In this document: one piece after another, positions 32,754-44,179 of the stretch
How the letters are laid out: each line of letters begins with the position of its first letter
How positions within the stretch are numbered: position 1 is the first letter of the stretch
Assembly: GCF_022846255.1 (NCBI RefSeq)
Contig: NZ_AP025682.1
DNA from: Escherichia coli
Lineage (GTDB): Bacteria > Pseudomonadota > Gammaproteobacteria > Enterobacterales > Enterobacteriaceae
Length of the DNA: 64,000 bases
Reading direction: 5' to 3' (one strand)
Notes under the pieces: model-generated
Database searches by the model: none
Told to the model about the DNA's origin: nothing
The model's input: only the letters and a program-made list of their open reading frames with translations
Translations under genes and position numbers: made by a program

Positions 32754-35700
32754 TTAATGGAAAATAACGTCGGGTGCGCTTAACGCTTCACTCAAATCAA
32801 ACACATCAAGTTCGGCAAAAGTGACGGATTTATTGTCACGGTAAACCCGAAGAGAACGGAAGCTCATTAGCGCTTTGCTATCAACATTGTAGTGGTTAAA
32901 GCCGGGTGAAAACTTAAGGACCAGCCGGTACGCACCTAAGTCATAGACAAATGCGTCCTCATAGCCTGACTCCCAGCCTTTGTATCGCATTCCCATAAGT
33001 TGACCAACGGTAGCGGATTTACCTTCCCAGCGAGTCAGGCTGTTACTGGCTGACTCGTCAGGTGTGAGCAGCACCGTGCGCCGCGCCAACTGGCGAAAAG
33101 GCGGCATAATTTCGTAATCGGCAAAAAGCTGTGCAAATTCACTGCGCATTTCTGCTGCCATTTCTAACGGGTGGGCAATGCCAATCAGAGCATCTGCAGG
33201 CAGGTCAATGGACTCATCTTGTGCATTGCAGAACTCCCCCTCTGCGGCCACACGAAAGGCGTTGAGTAAACGACGCGGTTCATTTGCCGGATAAACCCCC
33301 CATATTAATCGCTGGGTAACCAGGCGGGTAAAGGGATGATTAACAAACAGAGAATGAAAATCTGCCAGCGACCAGCGTCGGGTGGTGCGCAGGGCAGTTT
33401 CAAGACGCGGGAGCAGGTTTTTGCTCACCTGAGAGGCATCTTTTTTTAGCCCTTTTAGTCGGGCCAGTGCCTCGGGGGCTTTCAGTTGATCGTCATCGGC
33501 GCGCAACCGGGGAACGCTTTTCTGGCGAACGTTTTGTTGATCGTAGATAACCGGGTTGAGGTTTTCATCGAAGCGAACGGTAAATTGCCGTGGACCAAAA
33601 TCAAAAATCAACGCCTGCGGATCATCAAGACCCAGTGTTGGGACTAATCTGTCCGCTAACTCTTCCTGGCTTAGCCCGCGATTTTCTGCGACCACCTGAA
33701 GAAATTCCGCCGCGTTATCACGTAAGGAGCGGGATTTCGCCCGTTGGGATATATGGTGCAGCTGTATCAGCGCCATATCATTATTCATCAGGGTAAGGAT
33801 GTTCAGGCCACTGACAGCACGGGCAGATTTGCCTTCTTGTGGCCAGGCGAGGATCTGTGTCGTCAGATCCCGAGCCGTGCTTTCGTCACCAAAGAGACTT
33901 AACGCCAGAAATGCCCAGTTGTCTTTTGCGGGGGCTCCAGCTTGTTGCCATGCGGTGAAAAGATCCCAGGCAAAAGCTGCCAGCGTTTGCGGCTGGCAAA
34001 ACGTTTTCAGCTGTTCCAGTCCGCCATAAAAACGTCCGCCCTGGGTAAAGCGCAGCATTTCGCCGATAATTTCCAGAGCGTCATCGGTAACAGGCTGATT
34101 ATTCTTGATAAGGCGCGGCCTGGACCACATTGCCGGATGCCAGAAATCAGGAGCTTTTGGAATACGTGCCGGGTAAATTTCTATTGGACCCAGTTTAAGT
34201 AATTGCTCCAGGGCAGGCCATACATCTGTACGCTGCCAGCGGTTTGCCACGGTTTGCAGTAATTCGCCATGCCCTTGTTCATACAGTAAACGCAGGGCAA
34301 GTAATGCAGCTTCGCTATTATCGCTGGGTTTTGTAAAGACAAGAGGGATAAGTGCAGTAGCCGTATGTTCCGGCCATTGTAAAATCCACTGGCGAGCCAG
34401 ATCACGCTGCGCCGCGAAACGTCGCCAGACGCGGGCAACGGGCAGGGCCAGTTCTGTTGCGCCGAAATTTAAAATTAACGGAAATGTTTCTTTTGGATGA
34501 TGTGAAAAAGCCAATAACAGGCCAGGTAATGTATCCAACCCGAGGATACTGAGAAAATAGTCCTCACCCGCGAACAGATGCTTTTTCTCATTGATACGCA
34601 GCCAGAAAGTCAAAGCCATCTCACGCGGCAACTGTGCCAATAAATACAGGTTCCAGACACTCTTTTCCGGACGATAACGTGAGTAGCTATCATTTTCCCA
34701 GGTGTTAATTAACGCTTCAACGTCGCCGGAACGAAGCGCCTGTTCGGCTGATTTTGCTTCCGTGGAGTGCCAGCCATTGTTGATTTCCTCTACTCTGCGC
34801 GGGGAGTAATGCCACTGACCCACTAATGATTTGCGCGCCGCATCCAGTTTGCCGGGCAGTATATAATTCCGGAACAGCCATACATCATCCCCAAAACCTA
34901 GCTCCTGTAGTACAACTCGACCACTTTTTCGTTCCATGCGTTCCGTAAAAGATCCCGTGCTGAAATAACGGGCAGACTCTGTGGCGGCAAGTCTCTCTCG
35001 TTCGCCTGGTTGCCAGCGGGCTTTGGGCGCTAATTCAAGAGGCACTAAATCAAGGCGCAGCAATGCCGTTTTTTTCTTACCTCGCCACGGTGGAGAAACA
35101 AGTATTTCTGGCAGGTCGTTGCTATGAGTACTCTCGAAAGCAAGTTTTGGCGATGCCGATAAATAACCATTCACCACTGCCTGGGCTTGTGTACTTAAGC
35201 ACGGCATCACCTCTTCTGCCAGTTGTGGCTGCGATGCCATCAGCGTTTGTAACAGCGTATGCCAGTATTCATCACGTGCTTTTTGCTGTGCAGGCAGCTT
35301 TTTGTCTTCGATGATGGGATAACCAGGGCGCGCAGGGGGGGCTTTTAACGCCAGCAGTTCTGCCAGTGCGGCGAGCGTCGCATGGGGGAAGTTTTTACTG
35401 TATTTAGCCACACGTTGCAGGCTGGGTTTGTTTTTATCAGCCACCAGTAGCAAGGTGCGGATGACTTGCGGATGGTTAATTTGTACCAGCAGACTGCCGC
35501 AATCTTCTTTATGTGCATACATCGAGAGGCGCGGAACGGCTGCCAGTCCTTGTTCGCGCAAAAGGGCAGCGCAGGCCGCGTAGCCGAAGTGGTTTTCATG
35601 CGACATGTAGCTGGCTTCTCGATCGCTAAATATATCCTGGCTCCAGTAACGTGCGAGTTCTTTCACCGCCTTAGGGTCATCAGCAACAACTTTTAACCAC

Positions 35701-36386
35701 TCTTTTGAGCGAAAATGAGTTTGCGAACATTCAAGGCTTACCAGCTCGTTGGCGATTTCGGGTTTTTCCGGGAGGTTCAGAGCAATAAAAGGGCGGCGAA
35801 CTTTGGTTATTCCTGGCAGTGCGGCAATGAGTTTGTCGGCGCAACGCTGCCAGCAGGTTTCCTCTGCCAGAGAGAGATGCTTACGTAATCGGAGATCGAA
35901 TTCGTTATAGGTTTCTGAGCGATAACCATAGCCATAGTCCTCGTTCTGATACTGCAATGTTACTACCAGAGGATCACTCTCATAACACCGTACAATAAAC
36001 TGGCGTGCAATCACCACCTCAGTTGCATATTCCAGCCCCTCTTGTTGGACGATTTCGTCGAGCAACTGTTGGCTATCATTTTGCGCGATACAGGCTAGCG
36101 CCGCCATTGTCCGGGCCGTGATTGAGGGTTTGTGTTCGCCGATCAAGTTGATGGCCTGCGTGATGGCGGACTGCCACTCCAGTGAAAAGTTTTCATAACG
36201 CCAGACAATGTTTTTTTTCTTCTCTGCTTTTTGTAGCAATTCATCACCCAGTGTCTGAATGATGCTTTCAGTGATAACAGGCACCGGTTCGCCTGGCCAA
36301 TTGCGATGGCTGAGTGGTGTTTTGCCTTTTTTATATTTAAGTTCCAGTTGGGCGTTATCCGCCAGCCACGGTAATTCCTTGTCCAT
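32754..36386 (-). CDS. yehI: Large uncharacterised protein YehI (1210 aa), paralog of MolR
   Basis: ORF track 32754..36386; shares multiple sequence blocks with the adjacent MolR ORF (for example FxLRLRKHLSLAEE and LPEKPEIA). Confidence 0.85.
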   Translation of the reverse strand: MDKELPWLADNAQLELKYKKGKTPLSHRNWPGEPVPVITESIIQTLGDELLQKAEKKKNIVWRYENFSLEWQSAITQAINLIGEHKPSITARTMAALACIAQNDSQQLLDEIVQQEGLEYATEVVIARQFIVRCYESDPLVVTLQYQNEDYGYGYRSETYNEFDLRLRKHLSLAEETCWQRCADKLIAALPGITKVRRPFIALNLPEKPEIANELVSLECSQTHFRSKEWLKVVADDPKAVKELARYWSQDIFSDREASYMSHENHFGYAACAALLREQGLAAVPRLSMYAHKEDCGSLLVQINHPQVIRTLLLVADKNKPSLQRVAKYSKNFPHATLAALAELLALKAPPARPGYPIIEDKKLPAQQKARDEYWHTLLQTLMASQPQLAEEVMPCLSTQAQAVVNGYLSASPKLAFESTHSNDLPEILVSPPWRGKKKTALLRLDLVPLELAPKARWQPGERERLAATESARYFSTGSFTERMERKSGRVVLQELGFGDDVWLFRNYILPGKLDAARKSLVGQWHYSPRRVEEINNGWHSTEAKSAEQALRSGDVEALINTWENDSYSRYRPEKSVWNLYLLAQLPREMALTFWLRINEKKHLFAGEDYFLSILGLDTLPGLLLAFSHHPKETFPLILNFGATELALPVARVWRRFAAQRDLARQWILQWPEHTATALIPLVFTKPSDNSEAALLALRLLYEQGHGELLQTVANRWQRTDVWPALEQLLKLGPIEIYPARIPKAPDFWHPAMWSRPRLIKNNQPVTDDALEIIGEMLRFTQGGRFYGGLEQLKTFCQPQTLAAFAWDLFTAWQQAGAPAKDNWAFLALSLFGDESTARDLTTQILAWPQEGKSARAVSGLNILTLMNNDMALIQLHHISQRAKSRSLRDNAAEFLQVVAENRGLSQEELADRLVPTLGLDDPQALIFDFGPRQFTVRFDENLNPVIYDQQNVRQKSVPRLRADDDQLKAPEALARLKGLKKDASQVSKNLLPRLETALRTTRRWSLADFHSLFVNHPFTRLVTQRLIWGVYPANEPRRLLNAFRVAAEGEFCNAQDESIDLPADALIGIAHPLEMAAEMRSEFAQLFADYEIMPPFRQLARRTVLLTPDESASNSLTRWEGKSATVGQLMGMRYKGWESGYEDAFVYDLGAYRLVLKFSPGFNHYNVDSKALMSFRSLRVYRDNKSVTFAELDVFDLSEALSAPDVIFH

Positions 36387-36395
36387 GCTCTTTCC

Positions 36396-39300
36396 TTATT
36401 CAAACAGGGCTTCAATATCGTTAATTAGCTCGCTGGCGGTGATGGCATCGAGTACGGAGAACTGCGCTTCCTGTGTTGAATTACTCCCCCAGCCATAGCT
36501 TTCCGCTTTGCCTTCCCATAGCCACAGCTTGCTTAAGAGTTGCTCGGCACTCAGTTCGGCTGGCGACATGCCTACCGCAAAACCTTCATCGATTTCCATG
36601 ATTAACGACCAGCGGCCCAGGGGGTTGATCATCCAGCCGATCCAGCCAGCATCCTGCGGGGTGCCCTTTATCCAGCCTTTATTCGCCAGCCCCATTATCC
36701 GACCACTCGGGCATTTTCTGCCTGTCCAGCGTGTCAGTTCGCTGGCGTTGCGCTCGGCTTCTGTCAGCGCGTAACTGTTACGATCAAGCTGGCGGAACGG
36801 TGGTAACAGTTCGTAGTCGGCAAAAAGCTGCCCGAAGGCGGCAGCATCCGTCGGTGATATTTCCAGAACGTGAGGAATACCAATAGAGATATCGCCTTCC
36901 GGCAGGGTGAAAAGATCATCGTCAGCGGTGCTGTAGCTGTTATCTTCCGCTACGCGAAAGCAAGCCAGTAGCTGGTTTTCGGCGCTATAAACGCCCCAAA
37001 TCAGACGGCGGGTTAAGTGGCGGACCAGCGGATGCTCAACCAGGAAGAGCTGAAAGTTTTCCGGTGACCAGCGGCGACGCAGGCACATGGCGGATTCCAG
37101 CCTTGCTACCTGCTGGGCGGCGACGGTACGCGCATCTTTTTTCAGCAATTTGTAGCGGTTAACAGCATCGTTCGCCTGTGATTCATCATCGCTTTTGTTT
37201 GGTTTGGGCAGGTCTTTCAGACGACTGCCGGAAGCGTCACGCACAAACGGTTTTAAGGTTTCATCAAAGCTGACGGTGAACTGGCGTGGGCCGAAATCCA
37301 GCAACAACGAACCATTATCATCCAGACCGAGATCCGGTGCTAACCGATCTTCAAGCTCCGCCACCGTGAGTTCGCGGCTCTCGGCAATGTCGGCAATTTT
37401 TTCTTTTGCCCGCTCCTGTAATGCTTTGAATTTCAGTTTCTGGGCGATGCCGTTAAGCTGCATCAGGGCGATATCACTACCGATAGCAGCGAGAATATCC
37501 AACCCGACGGTGGCGCGTTTATGCTGGGATTCACCAGGCCAGGCGCGAATCAAAGGCGTCAGTTTGCGGGCGGTGTCATCGTTACCGAGAACGCCTAACG
37601 CAGTGAACGCCCAACTCTCTTTCGACGGCGCGCCAGCGGTCTGCCAGGCGGTAAACAGATCCCAGGCAAATTCAGCCAGTGAGTCGGCGGTACAGGCATC
37701 TTTCACCTGCAATAATCCCGGATACAGCGCCTCCTCCTGATGGAAGCGGAGCATTTCACCGAGGTGCTGGAGTGCGCTATCGGGCAGTGATTGGGCGTTT
37801 GCTTTTAATACCGGGCGGTTCCAGAGCGATGGCTGATAAAAGGCCGGAAGAGTGGGGATTTTTGTCGGGTGATTATCTAAGGGATCGAGCGCAAGCAGAG
37901 CGTTCACCGCGTCTGTTACTTCCGGCTGGTTATAACGCCGGGCGATTTCTTGCAGTAATGGCTGATGACCGTTTTCGGTAAGCATACGCAAGGCAGCGCG
38001 GGCGTTATCCTGGGCTTCACCGGCTTTGCCGAGCGCCGCAGGCAGCAGGCCGGTAATGGCGTGTTCCGGGTATTTCAGCAGCCAGATACGGGCATCTTGT
38101 CGTAGGGTTTTGAGTTTGTTGAAGGCGCGGGCGACGGCAGGTGCCAGCTCACTCGCTGCGAAGTAATTCGTTATGGGCAAGGCTTCCTGTGGATAGCGTG
38201 CAAGTGAGTTTACTAACCCAGGTAATCCTTTGAGTCCAAAATGTAACATGGCGTATTCGGTATCGGTATGCGGAGATAGAGTAAGGGCATTCCATGCTCT
38301 TACTGCTTTCTCCAGCGGCAATGTTGTCAAAATCCCCAAATGCCAATAATGCCCGGTAGGTGAATGAAACACCTTAAATTCACTTATTAAAGTTGAATAA
38401 TCTTCATTTAGCCATGCCTCAACTACCGCTTCGGGAGCTTTAATATATGTACCAGCGATCCGTCGTTGAAAACCCATCCTTGCCAACAGATTGGCAGTAC
38501 TTTCTTCATGACTAACCGTGATGTGTTTTGAATACCAGATATATTTCGCCAAAAGTTGATTACTGATTTCTTCTGTCAGATAACTGATTGGCTCAATACC
38601 TAATGGTGCTAAATCAAGCACTGGAATCGGCGATTTTTTCTTTTTCGAAAGCCATGGTGGGGAGACTACTATGACCGGCAGTAGATCGGCGCTGGCATGG
38701 TTTGAGGGCTGTGTCAGTTGTTGCTGGCATGATTTCAGCACTGCAACTGCGGGTGTCGAAAGCCAGGGAATGACCTGTTCTGCTAGTGTCGGTTGCGAGA
38801 TAAGCATCGTCATTAGCATAATGCGCCAACTATTCTCTTCTTTTTGCACTAGAAGTTCCGCCAGTGCTGCCAGTGCTGCGTGTGGGAACGCAGCGCAGGC
38901 TTTCGTCATTCGATCGTGACAGCGTTTAGTATGCCCGGCTACACGTATAAGCAGTGTTAATGCGAATGGATGATTGATATGACGCAACACATCGGCGCAG
39001 TAGTCACTTGCGACATAGGGAGCAAATCGGGGCAGGGCCGCAACACCTTGCTCCTGTAATACGGTGGCTGACCATATCGCACCACAATAGTAATCATCAA
39101 AAATGGCATATGGCTCGTGATATTTTTCTAATGAGGCAAGAATGTGCTCATCAGTCGCCACTATTTTTAGCCACTCAAGCGAGGGTAATTTCTTTTGCCC
39201 CAGTAGACGCTGGGCAATTTCATGTGCAATTTCTGGTTTTTCGGGTAATAACAAAGCAATTAATGGTTGCCGCCATTCTGGAATATGTGGAACTGCGGCA

Positions 39301-40190
39301 ATAAGTTTTTGTGCACATTTTTGCCAGAGAGACTCTTCCGCCAGTGATAAATGTTTACGTAGGCGTAATTCAAAGCTGGAATATTGCTGCAAATAATCAG
39401 GTGAAATGCCAGACGACAGGAAAACAATATTATTGTTGACATAATCCCATTCAATAGATATTTGTTGAAGATGTATTATTACATCAGTAGCATATTCCAG
39501 ACCGCCTTCCTGAATAATCTGATCCATAACATCCTCACGCTCTTTATATCTCGTGCAGTGCAGTTCAAGTGCCGCGAGTACAGCCATTACCGGTGATGGT
39601 AATTTTGTCGTTTTCGGGCTGTTAATCAGATCGATCGCCTGAGCGATGAAGTTTTGCCACTCTAAAGTACAGGCGCTGAAGTCAAATGTAGCTGTTTTGT
39701 TATCCCGTTGCGACACGCCACAGGCTAAGCGACGTAACTGGGTTAATTTATCTACAGGTGTAACAGGATCTCCGGGAAAGCGGCGATGGCTTAAGGTGGT
39801 GGGTACGACTTCAAGCGGAAAAACGACAGCAATATCTTTTGCCAGCCACGGTAAAATAACGTCTGTATTTTTGTCAGCCACGTAGATTTCTGGTGTAACT
39901 GAGGGCTGTTCCTGAATGATGGTAGAAAAGTCAGATAATTCGAGAGTTTTCGTTACCGTTCGAGTATGTTTCGATGTAGCATTCTCCGCTTGTTCCACAT
40001 ACCCCTTTTTCGTTTTCTCCGCAATCAGCTTGAGTTCCGCTTTTTCCGCCGCCGCAGCATCTGCAAAGCTTTTTACCTGACTTTGCCCGTTGGTGCCGAC
40101 TTTGCCCCAACTGATATTCAGTTCGTTTCCCTGCTGCTCCACCGCCCAGAATTTATGTGATTTTTCGTCCTGAAAGATAAAGTGTCTCAT
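36396..40190 (-). CDS. molR: MolR-like large protein with N-terminal WGR domain (1264 aa), apparently intact
   Basis: ORF track 36396..40190; N-terminus KFWAVEQQGNELNISWGKVGTNGQSQVKSF...KGYVE fits the WGR domain signature; single uninterrupted frame. Confidence 0.8.
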   Translation of the reverse strand: MRHFIFQDEKSHKFWAVEQQGNELNISWGKVGTNGQSQVKSFADAAAAEKAELKLIAEKTKKGYVEQAENATSKHTRTVTKTLELSDFSTIIQEQPSVTPEIYVADKNTDVILPWLAKDIAVVFPLEVVPTTLSHRRFPGDPVTPVDKLTQLRRLACGVSQRDNKTATFDFSACTLEWQNFIAQAIDLINSPKTTKLPSPVMAVLAALELHCTRYKEREDVMDQIIQEGGLEYATDVIIHLQQISIEWDYVNNNIVFLSSGISPDYLQQYSSFELRLRKHLSLAEESLWQKCAQKLIAAVPHIPEWRQPLIALLLPEKPEIAHEIAQRLLGQKKLPSLEWLKIVATDEHILASLEKYHEPYAIFDDYYCGAIWSATVLQEQGVAALPRFAPYVASDYCADVLRHINHPFALTLLIRVAGHTKRCHDRMTKACAAFPHAALAALAELLVQKEENSWRIMLMTMLISQPTLAEQVIPWLSTPAVAVLKSCQQQLTQPSNHASADLLPVIVVSPPWLSKKKKSPIPVLDLAPLGIEPISYLTEEISNQLLAKYIWYSKHITVSHEESTANLLARMGFQRRIAGTYIKAPEAVVEAWLNEDYSTLISEFKVFHSPTGHYWHLGILTTLPLEKAVRAWNALTLSPHTDTEYAMLHFGLKGLPGLVNSLARYPQEALPITNYFAASELAPAVARAFNKLKTLRQDARIWLLKYPEHAITGLLPAALGKAGEAQDNARAALRMLTENGHQPLLQEIARRYNQPEVTDAVNALLALDPLDNHPTKIPTLPAFYQPSLWNRPVLKANAQSLPDSALQHLGEMLRFHQEEALYPGLLQVKDACTADSLAEFAWDLFTAWQTAGAPSKESWAFTALGVLGNDDTARKLTPLIRAWPGESQHKRATVGLDILAAIGSDIALMQLNGIAQKLKFKALQERAKEKIADIAESRELTVAELEDRLAPDLGLDDNGSLLLDFGPRQFTVSFDETLKPFVRDASGSRLKDLPKPNKSDDESQANDAVNRYKLLKKDARTVAAQQVARLESAMCLRRRWSPENFQLFLVEHPLVRHLTRRLIWGVYSAENQLLACFRVAEDNSYSTADDDLFTLPEGDISIGIPHVLEISPTDAAAFGQLFADYELLPPFRQLDRNSYALTEAERNASELTRWTGRKCPSGRIMGLANKGWIKGTPQDAGWIGWMINPLGRWSLIMEIDEGFAVGMSPAELSAEQLLSKLWLWEGKAESYGWGSNSTQEAQFSVLDAITASELINDIEALFE

Positions 40191-40289
40191 TCTGCATCCC
40201 TGTAATTTTATCCAGTTGAATGCAGATGCTATCAGTATTTATGCGGGTTAGAGAGAGACAAAATCGCAAGAAAACAACTTTAGGAATTT

Positions 40290-40321
40290 ATAAAGAAAAG
40301 GCGCTGTCGATACAGCGCCTT
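40290..40321 (-). terminator. Putative metG terminator
   Basis: Hairpin aaggcgctg-tcgata-cagcgcctt just downstream of the metG stop on the minus strand, followed by a T-rich tract on that strand. Confidence 0.5.
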
Positions 40322-40330
40322 GAAAGGAGA

Positions 40331-42364
40331 TTATTTCACCTGATGACCCGGTTTAGCACCAGCATCCGGACTTAGCAGGAAAATATCTTTCCCGCCAGGA
40401 CCGGCAGCCATCACCATGCCTTCGGAGATACCGAAGCGCATTTTACGTGGTGCCAGGTTAGCCACCATAATGGTGTGACGACCAATTAGTGCCTGCGGAT
40501 CCGGGTAAGCAGAACGAATGCCGGAGAAGACATTGCGTTTTTCACCGCCGAGATCCAGCGTCAGGCGCAGCAGTTTGTCAGAACCTTCAACAAACTCTGC
40601 GTTTTCGATCAGCGCCACGCGCAGGTCAACTTTGGCGAAGTCGTCAAAGGTGATGGTTTCCTGAATCGGATCATCTGCCAGTGGGCCAGTAACTGGCGCG
40701 GCAGCTGCTTTCACTTCTTCTTTAGACGCTTCCACCAGTGCTTCAACCTGCTTCATATCGATGCGGTTATACAGCGCTTTGAACGGATTCACTTTGTGGC
40801 CCAGCAGCGGTTGCTGGATACCATCCCAGGTCAGTTCTGTATTGAGGAATGCTTCTGCGCGCTCGGTCAGTTTCGGCAGTACCGGCTTCAGGTAAGTCAT
40901 CAGCACGCGGAACAGGTTTATGCCCATTGAGCAAATTGCCTGCAGGTCGGCATCGCGGCCTTCCTGTTTTGCCACCACCCACGGAGCCTGTTCATCGACA
41001 TAGCGGTTAGCCAGATCAGCCAGCGCCATGATTTCGCGTACTGCTTTACCAAATTCGCGGCTTTCCCACGCCTCACCAATCACTTCAGCGGCATCAGTGA
41101 AGGTTTTGTACAACTGCGGGTCAGCCAGTTCGCTTGCCAGCACGCCGTCAAAACGCTTGTTGATAAAGCCCGCATTACGAGAGGCCAGGTTAACCACTTT
41201 GTTAACGATATCGGCATTCACGCGCTGAACGAAATCTTCCAGGTTGAGATCGATATCATCAATGCGCGAAGAGAGTTTCGCAGTGTAGTAGTAACGCAGG
41301 CTGTCGGCGTCAAAATGATTCAGCCAGGTGCTGGCCTTAATAAAGGTACCGCGAGACTTAGACATCTTCGCGCCGTTCACCGTCACATAGCCATGAACAA
41401 ACAGGTTGGTCGGCTTGCGGAAGTTGCTGCCTTCCAGCATTGCTGGCCAGAACAGGCTGTGGAAGTAAACAATATCTTTACCGATGAAGTGGTACAGCTC
41501 GGCGGTGGAGTCTTTCTTCCAGTATTCATCGAAGCTTACGCTGTCGCCGCGCTTGTCGCACAGATTCTTGAAAGAACCCATATAGCCAATCGGCGCATCC
41601 AGCCAGACGTAGAAATATTTACCCGGCGCGTTCGGAATTTCAAAACCGAAGTACGGCGCGTCGCGGGAGATATCCCATTGTTGCAGGCCAGATTCAAACC
41701 ACTCCTGCATTTTGTTTGCCACCTGCTCCTGCAACGCACCGCTGCGGGTCCATGCCTGCAGCATTTCGCTGAAAGAGGGCAGATCAAAGAAGAAGTGTTC
41801 AGAATCACGCATTACCGGGGTAGCGCCAGAAACCACCGATTTCGGCTCGATCAGTTCAGTCGGGCTGTAGGTCGCGCCGCAGACTTCGCAGTTATCGCCG
41901 TATTGATCCGGGGATTTACATTTCGGGCAGGTGCCTTTTACAAAACGGTCCGGCAGGAACATGCCTTTTTCCGGATCGTACAGCTGAGAGATGGTGCGGT
42001 TTTTAATAAAACCGTTTTCTTTCAGGCGAGAGTAGATAAGTTCTGACAACTGGCGGTTCTCTTCGCTGTGCGTCGAGTGATAGTTGTCATAGCTGATGTT
42101 AAAGCCTGCGAAATCAGTCTGATGCTCCTGACTCATTTCGCCAATCATCTGCTCCGGAGTGATACCAAGCTGCTGAGCTTTCAACATGATTGGTGTACCG
42201 TGGGCATCGTCGGCGCAGATGAAGTTGACCTCGTGGCCGCGCATTCGCTGGTAACGGACCCAGACATCAGCCTGGATGTGCTCCAGCATATGGCCGAGGT
42301 GGATTGAGCCGTTAGCGTACGGCAGTGCGCACGTCACCAGAATTTTCTTCGCGACTTGAGTCAT
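40331..42364 (-). CDS. metG: Methionyl-tRNA synthetase (677 aa)
   Basis: ORF track 40331..42373; start at [25 protein letters not shown] (HIGH motif); KMSKS present. Confidence 0.95.
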   Translation of the reverse strand: MTQVAKKILVTCALPYANGSIHLGHMLEHIQADVWVRYQRMRGHEVNFICADDAHGTPIMLKAQQLGITPEQMIGEMSQEHQTDFAGFNISYDNYHSTHSEENRQLSELIYSRLKENGFIKNRTISQLYDPEKGMFLPDRFVKGTCPKCKSPDQYGDNCEVCGATYSPTELIEPKSVVSGATPVMRDSEHFFFDLPSFSEMLQAWTRSGALQEQVANKMQEWFESGLQQWDISRDAPYFGFEIPNAPGKYFYVWLDAPIGYMGSFKNLCDKRGDSVSFDEYWKKDSTAELYHFIGKDIVYFHSLFWPAMLEGSNFRKPTNLFVHGYVTVNGAKMSKSRGTFIKASTWLNHFDADSLRYYYTAKLSSRIDDIDLNLEDFVQRVNADIVNKVVNLASRNAGFINKRFDGVLASELADPQLYKTFTDAAEVIGEAWESREFGKAVREIMALADLANRYVDEQAPWVVAKQEGRDADLQAICSMGINLFRVLMTYLKPVLPKLTERAEAFLNTELTWDGIQQPLLGHKVNPFKALYNRIDMKQVEALVEASKEEVKAAAAPVTGPLADDPIQETITFDDFAKVDLRVALIENAEFVEGSDKLLRLTLDLGGEKRNVFSGIRSAYPDPQALIGRHTIMVANLAPRKMRFGISEGMVMAAGPGGKDIFLLSPDAGAKPGHQVK

Positions 42365-42495
42365 AGTAGGCATTACTTCTTAATAGTGAAAAGGGGTTAG
42401 ATAGTACCAAATGGGAAAATGTTAAGTAAGTACTTCTCTATATTCTTCAGGTAAACTATCAACTGATGGTTTATCTATACAAAAAAGGAGTCGGG

Positions 42496-43605
42496 ATGAA
42501 CGAACAATCCCAGGCCAAATCACCAGAAGCCTTGCGCGCAATGGTCGCCGGGACACTGGCCAATTTTCAGCACCCAACCCTGAAGCATAACCTCACAACG
42601 CTGAAAGCGTTGCACCATGTCGCCTGGATGGACGACACGCTGCATGTGGAACTGGTTATGCCATTCGTCTGGCATAGCGCGTTCGAAGAGTTAAAAGAGC
42701 AATGTAGCGCCGAACTGCTGCGCATCACCGGAGCGAAAGCTATCGACTGGAAACTGTCGCATAACATAGCCACTCTGAAACGCGTGAAGAATCAGCCGGG
42801 AATTAACGGCGTGAAGAACATTATCGCGGTCAGTTCCGGTAAAGGTGGCGTGGGTAAATCCTCCACGGCGGTAAACCTGGCGTTGGCACTGGCGGCGGAA
42901 GGGGCGAAAGTCGGCATTCTGGACGCCGATATCTACGGCCCATCAATCCCTACCATGCTGGGCGCAGAAAATCAGCGTCCAACTTCGCCGGACGGTACCC
43001 ATATGGCACCGATTATGTCTCATGGCCTGGCAACTAATTCAATTGGTTATCTGGTGACAGACGACAATGCGATGGTGTGGCGTGGCCCAATGGCGAGCAA
43101 GGCGTTAATGCAAATGTTGCAGGAAACCTTGTGGCCGGATCTCGACTATCTGGTGCTTGATATGCCGCCAGGTACCGGTGACATTCAATTGACATTGGCA
43201 CAAAACATTCCAGTAACCGGTGCAGTCGTGGTCACCACCCCGCAGGACATCGCGTTGATCGATGCGAAAAAAGGCATTGTGATGTTCGAGAAAGTCGAAG
43301 TTCCGGTGCTCGGTATTGTCGAGAACATGAGTGTGCATATTTGCAGTAACTGTGGTCACCATGAACCGATTTTCGGTACCGGTGGTGCAGAGAAACTGGC
43401 CGAGAAATACCACACGCAGCTGCTGGGGCAGATGCCGTTACACATCTCCTTACGTGAGGATCTCGATAAAGGCACGCCAACGGTTATCAGCCGTCCTGAG
43501 AGCGAATTTACCGCTATCTACCGCCAGCTGGCTGACCGCGTTGCAGCTCAGCTCTACTGGCAGGGTGAAGTCATTCCAGGCGAGATTTCCTTCCGCGCGG
43601 TCTGA
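42496..43605 (+). CDS. apbC: Fe-S cluster carrier P-loop NTPase ApbC/Mrp (369 aa)
   Basis: ORF track 42466..43605; start at MNEQSQAKSP; deviant Walker A SGKGGVGKSS; CxxC motif (CSNCGHH). Confidence 0.92.
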   Translation: MNEQSQAKSPEALRAMVAGTLANFQHPTLKHNLTTLKALHHVAWMDDTLHVELVMPFVWHSAFEELKEQCSAELLRITGAKAIDWKLSHNIATLKRVKNQPGINGVKNIIAVSSGKGGVGKSSTAVNLALALAAEGAKVGILDADIYGPSIPTMLGAENQRPTSPDGTHMAPIMSHGLATNSIGYLVTDDNAMVWRGPMASKALMQMLQETLWPDLDYLVLDMPPGTGDIQLTLAQNIPVTGAVVVTTPQDIALIDAKKGIVMFEKVEVPVLGIVENMSVHICSNCGHHEPIFGTGGAEKLAEKYHTQLLGQMPLHISLREDLDKGTPTVISRPESEFTAIYRQLADRVAAQLYWQGEVIPGEISFRAV

Positions 43606-43635
43606 CGCGTATTAACCATTCTGGTTATTCTTCAT

Positions 43636-43676
43636 ACACCGCAGAGATGTTACATTGATGCGGTGTATTTGTTTTT
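43636..43676 (+). terminator. Intrinsic terminator after apbC
   Basis: Stem acaccgca/tgcggtgt followed by atttgttttt. Confidence 0.55.
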
Positions 43677-43867
43677 GCAACATTAATGAACACTTATTTA
43701 ATGCTGCGAATATTCTGCGGACCTTCGTCCGAAACTCTACAAAGTCGATTGATCGTACCGGCGATGCTTCATTATCATCCTTCGTGGCTGTGTAGTGGAT
43801 GTACAGCTATAGTTTGTTATGCACTCATTCTTTCCAGGCATAACCTTTACTACAGGGATAACGTTCA

Positions 43868-44149
43868 ATGAATAAGTACTGGCTGTCAGGAATTATTTTT
43901 CTTGCCTATGGATTGGCTTCTCCCGCGTTCTCTTCAGAAACTGCCACATTAACGATTAATGGTAGGATCAGTCCCCCGACATGCAGTATGGCTATGGTTA
44001 ATGGTCAACCTCAACAGCATTGTGGTCAGTTAACGTATAATGTTGATACCCGTCATCAGGTTTCTTCGCCAGTTAAAGGTGTAACGACGGAAGTGATTGC
44101 TGCAGATAGCGATAGCAAACGTCGAATCGTGTTAAATCGCTACGATTAA
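43868..44149 (+). CDS. yehE: Small secreted protein YehE (93 aa)
   Basis: ORF track 43868..44149; signal peptide; upstream of the yeh fimbrial genes. Confidence 0.8.
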   Translation: MNKYWLSGIIFLAYGLASPAFSSETATLTINGRISPPTCSMAMVNGQPQQHCGQLTYNVDTRHQVSSPVKGVTTEVIAADSDSKRRIVLNRYD

Positions 44150-44179
44150 TTTGCCACCCTGGTTTAATTGGATTTAGAA

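Noticed and set aside
41315-42046. 243-aa plus-strand ORF inside metG
   Set aside because: Antisense to metG; low-complexity translation; no SD or promoter context.
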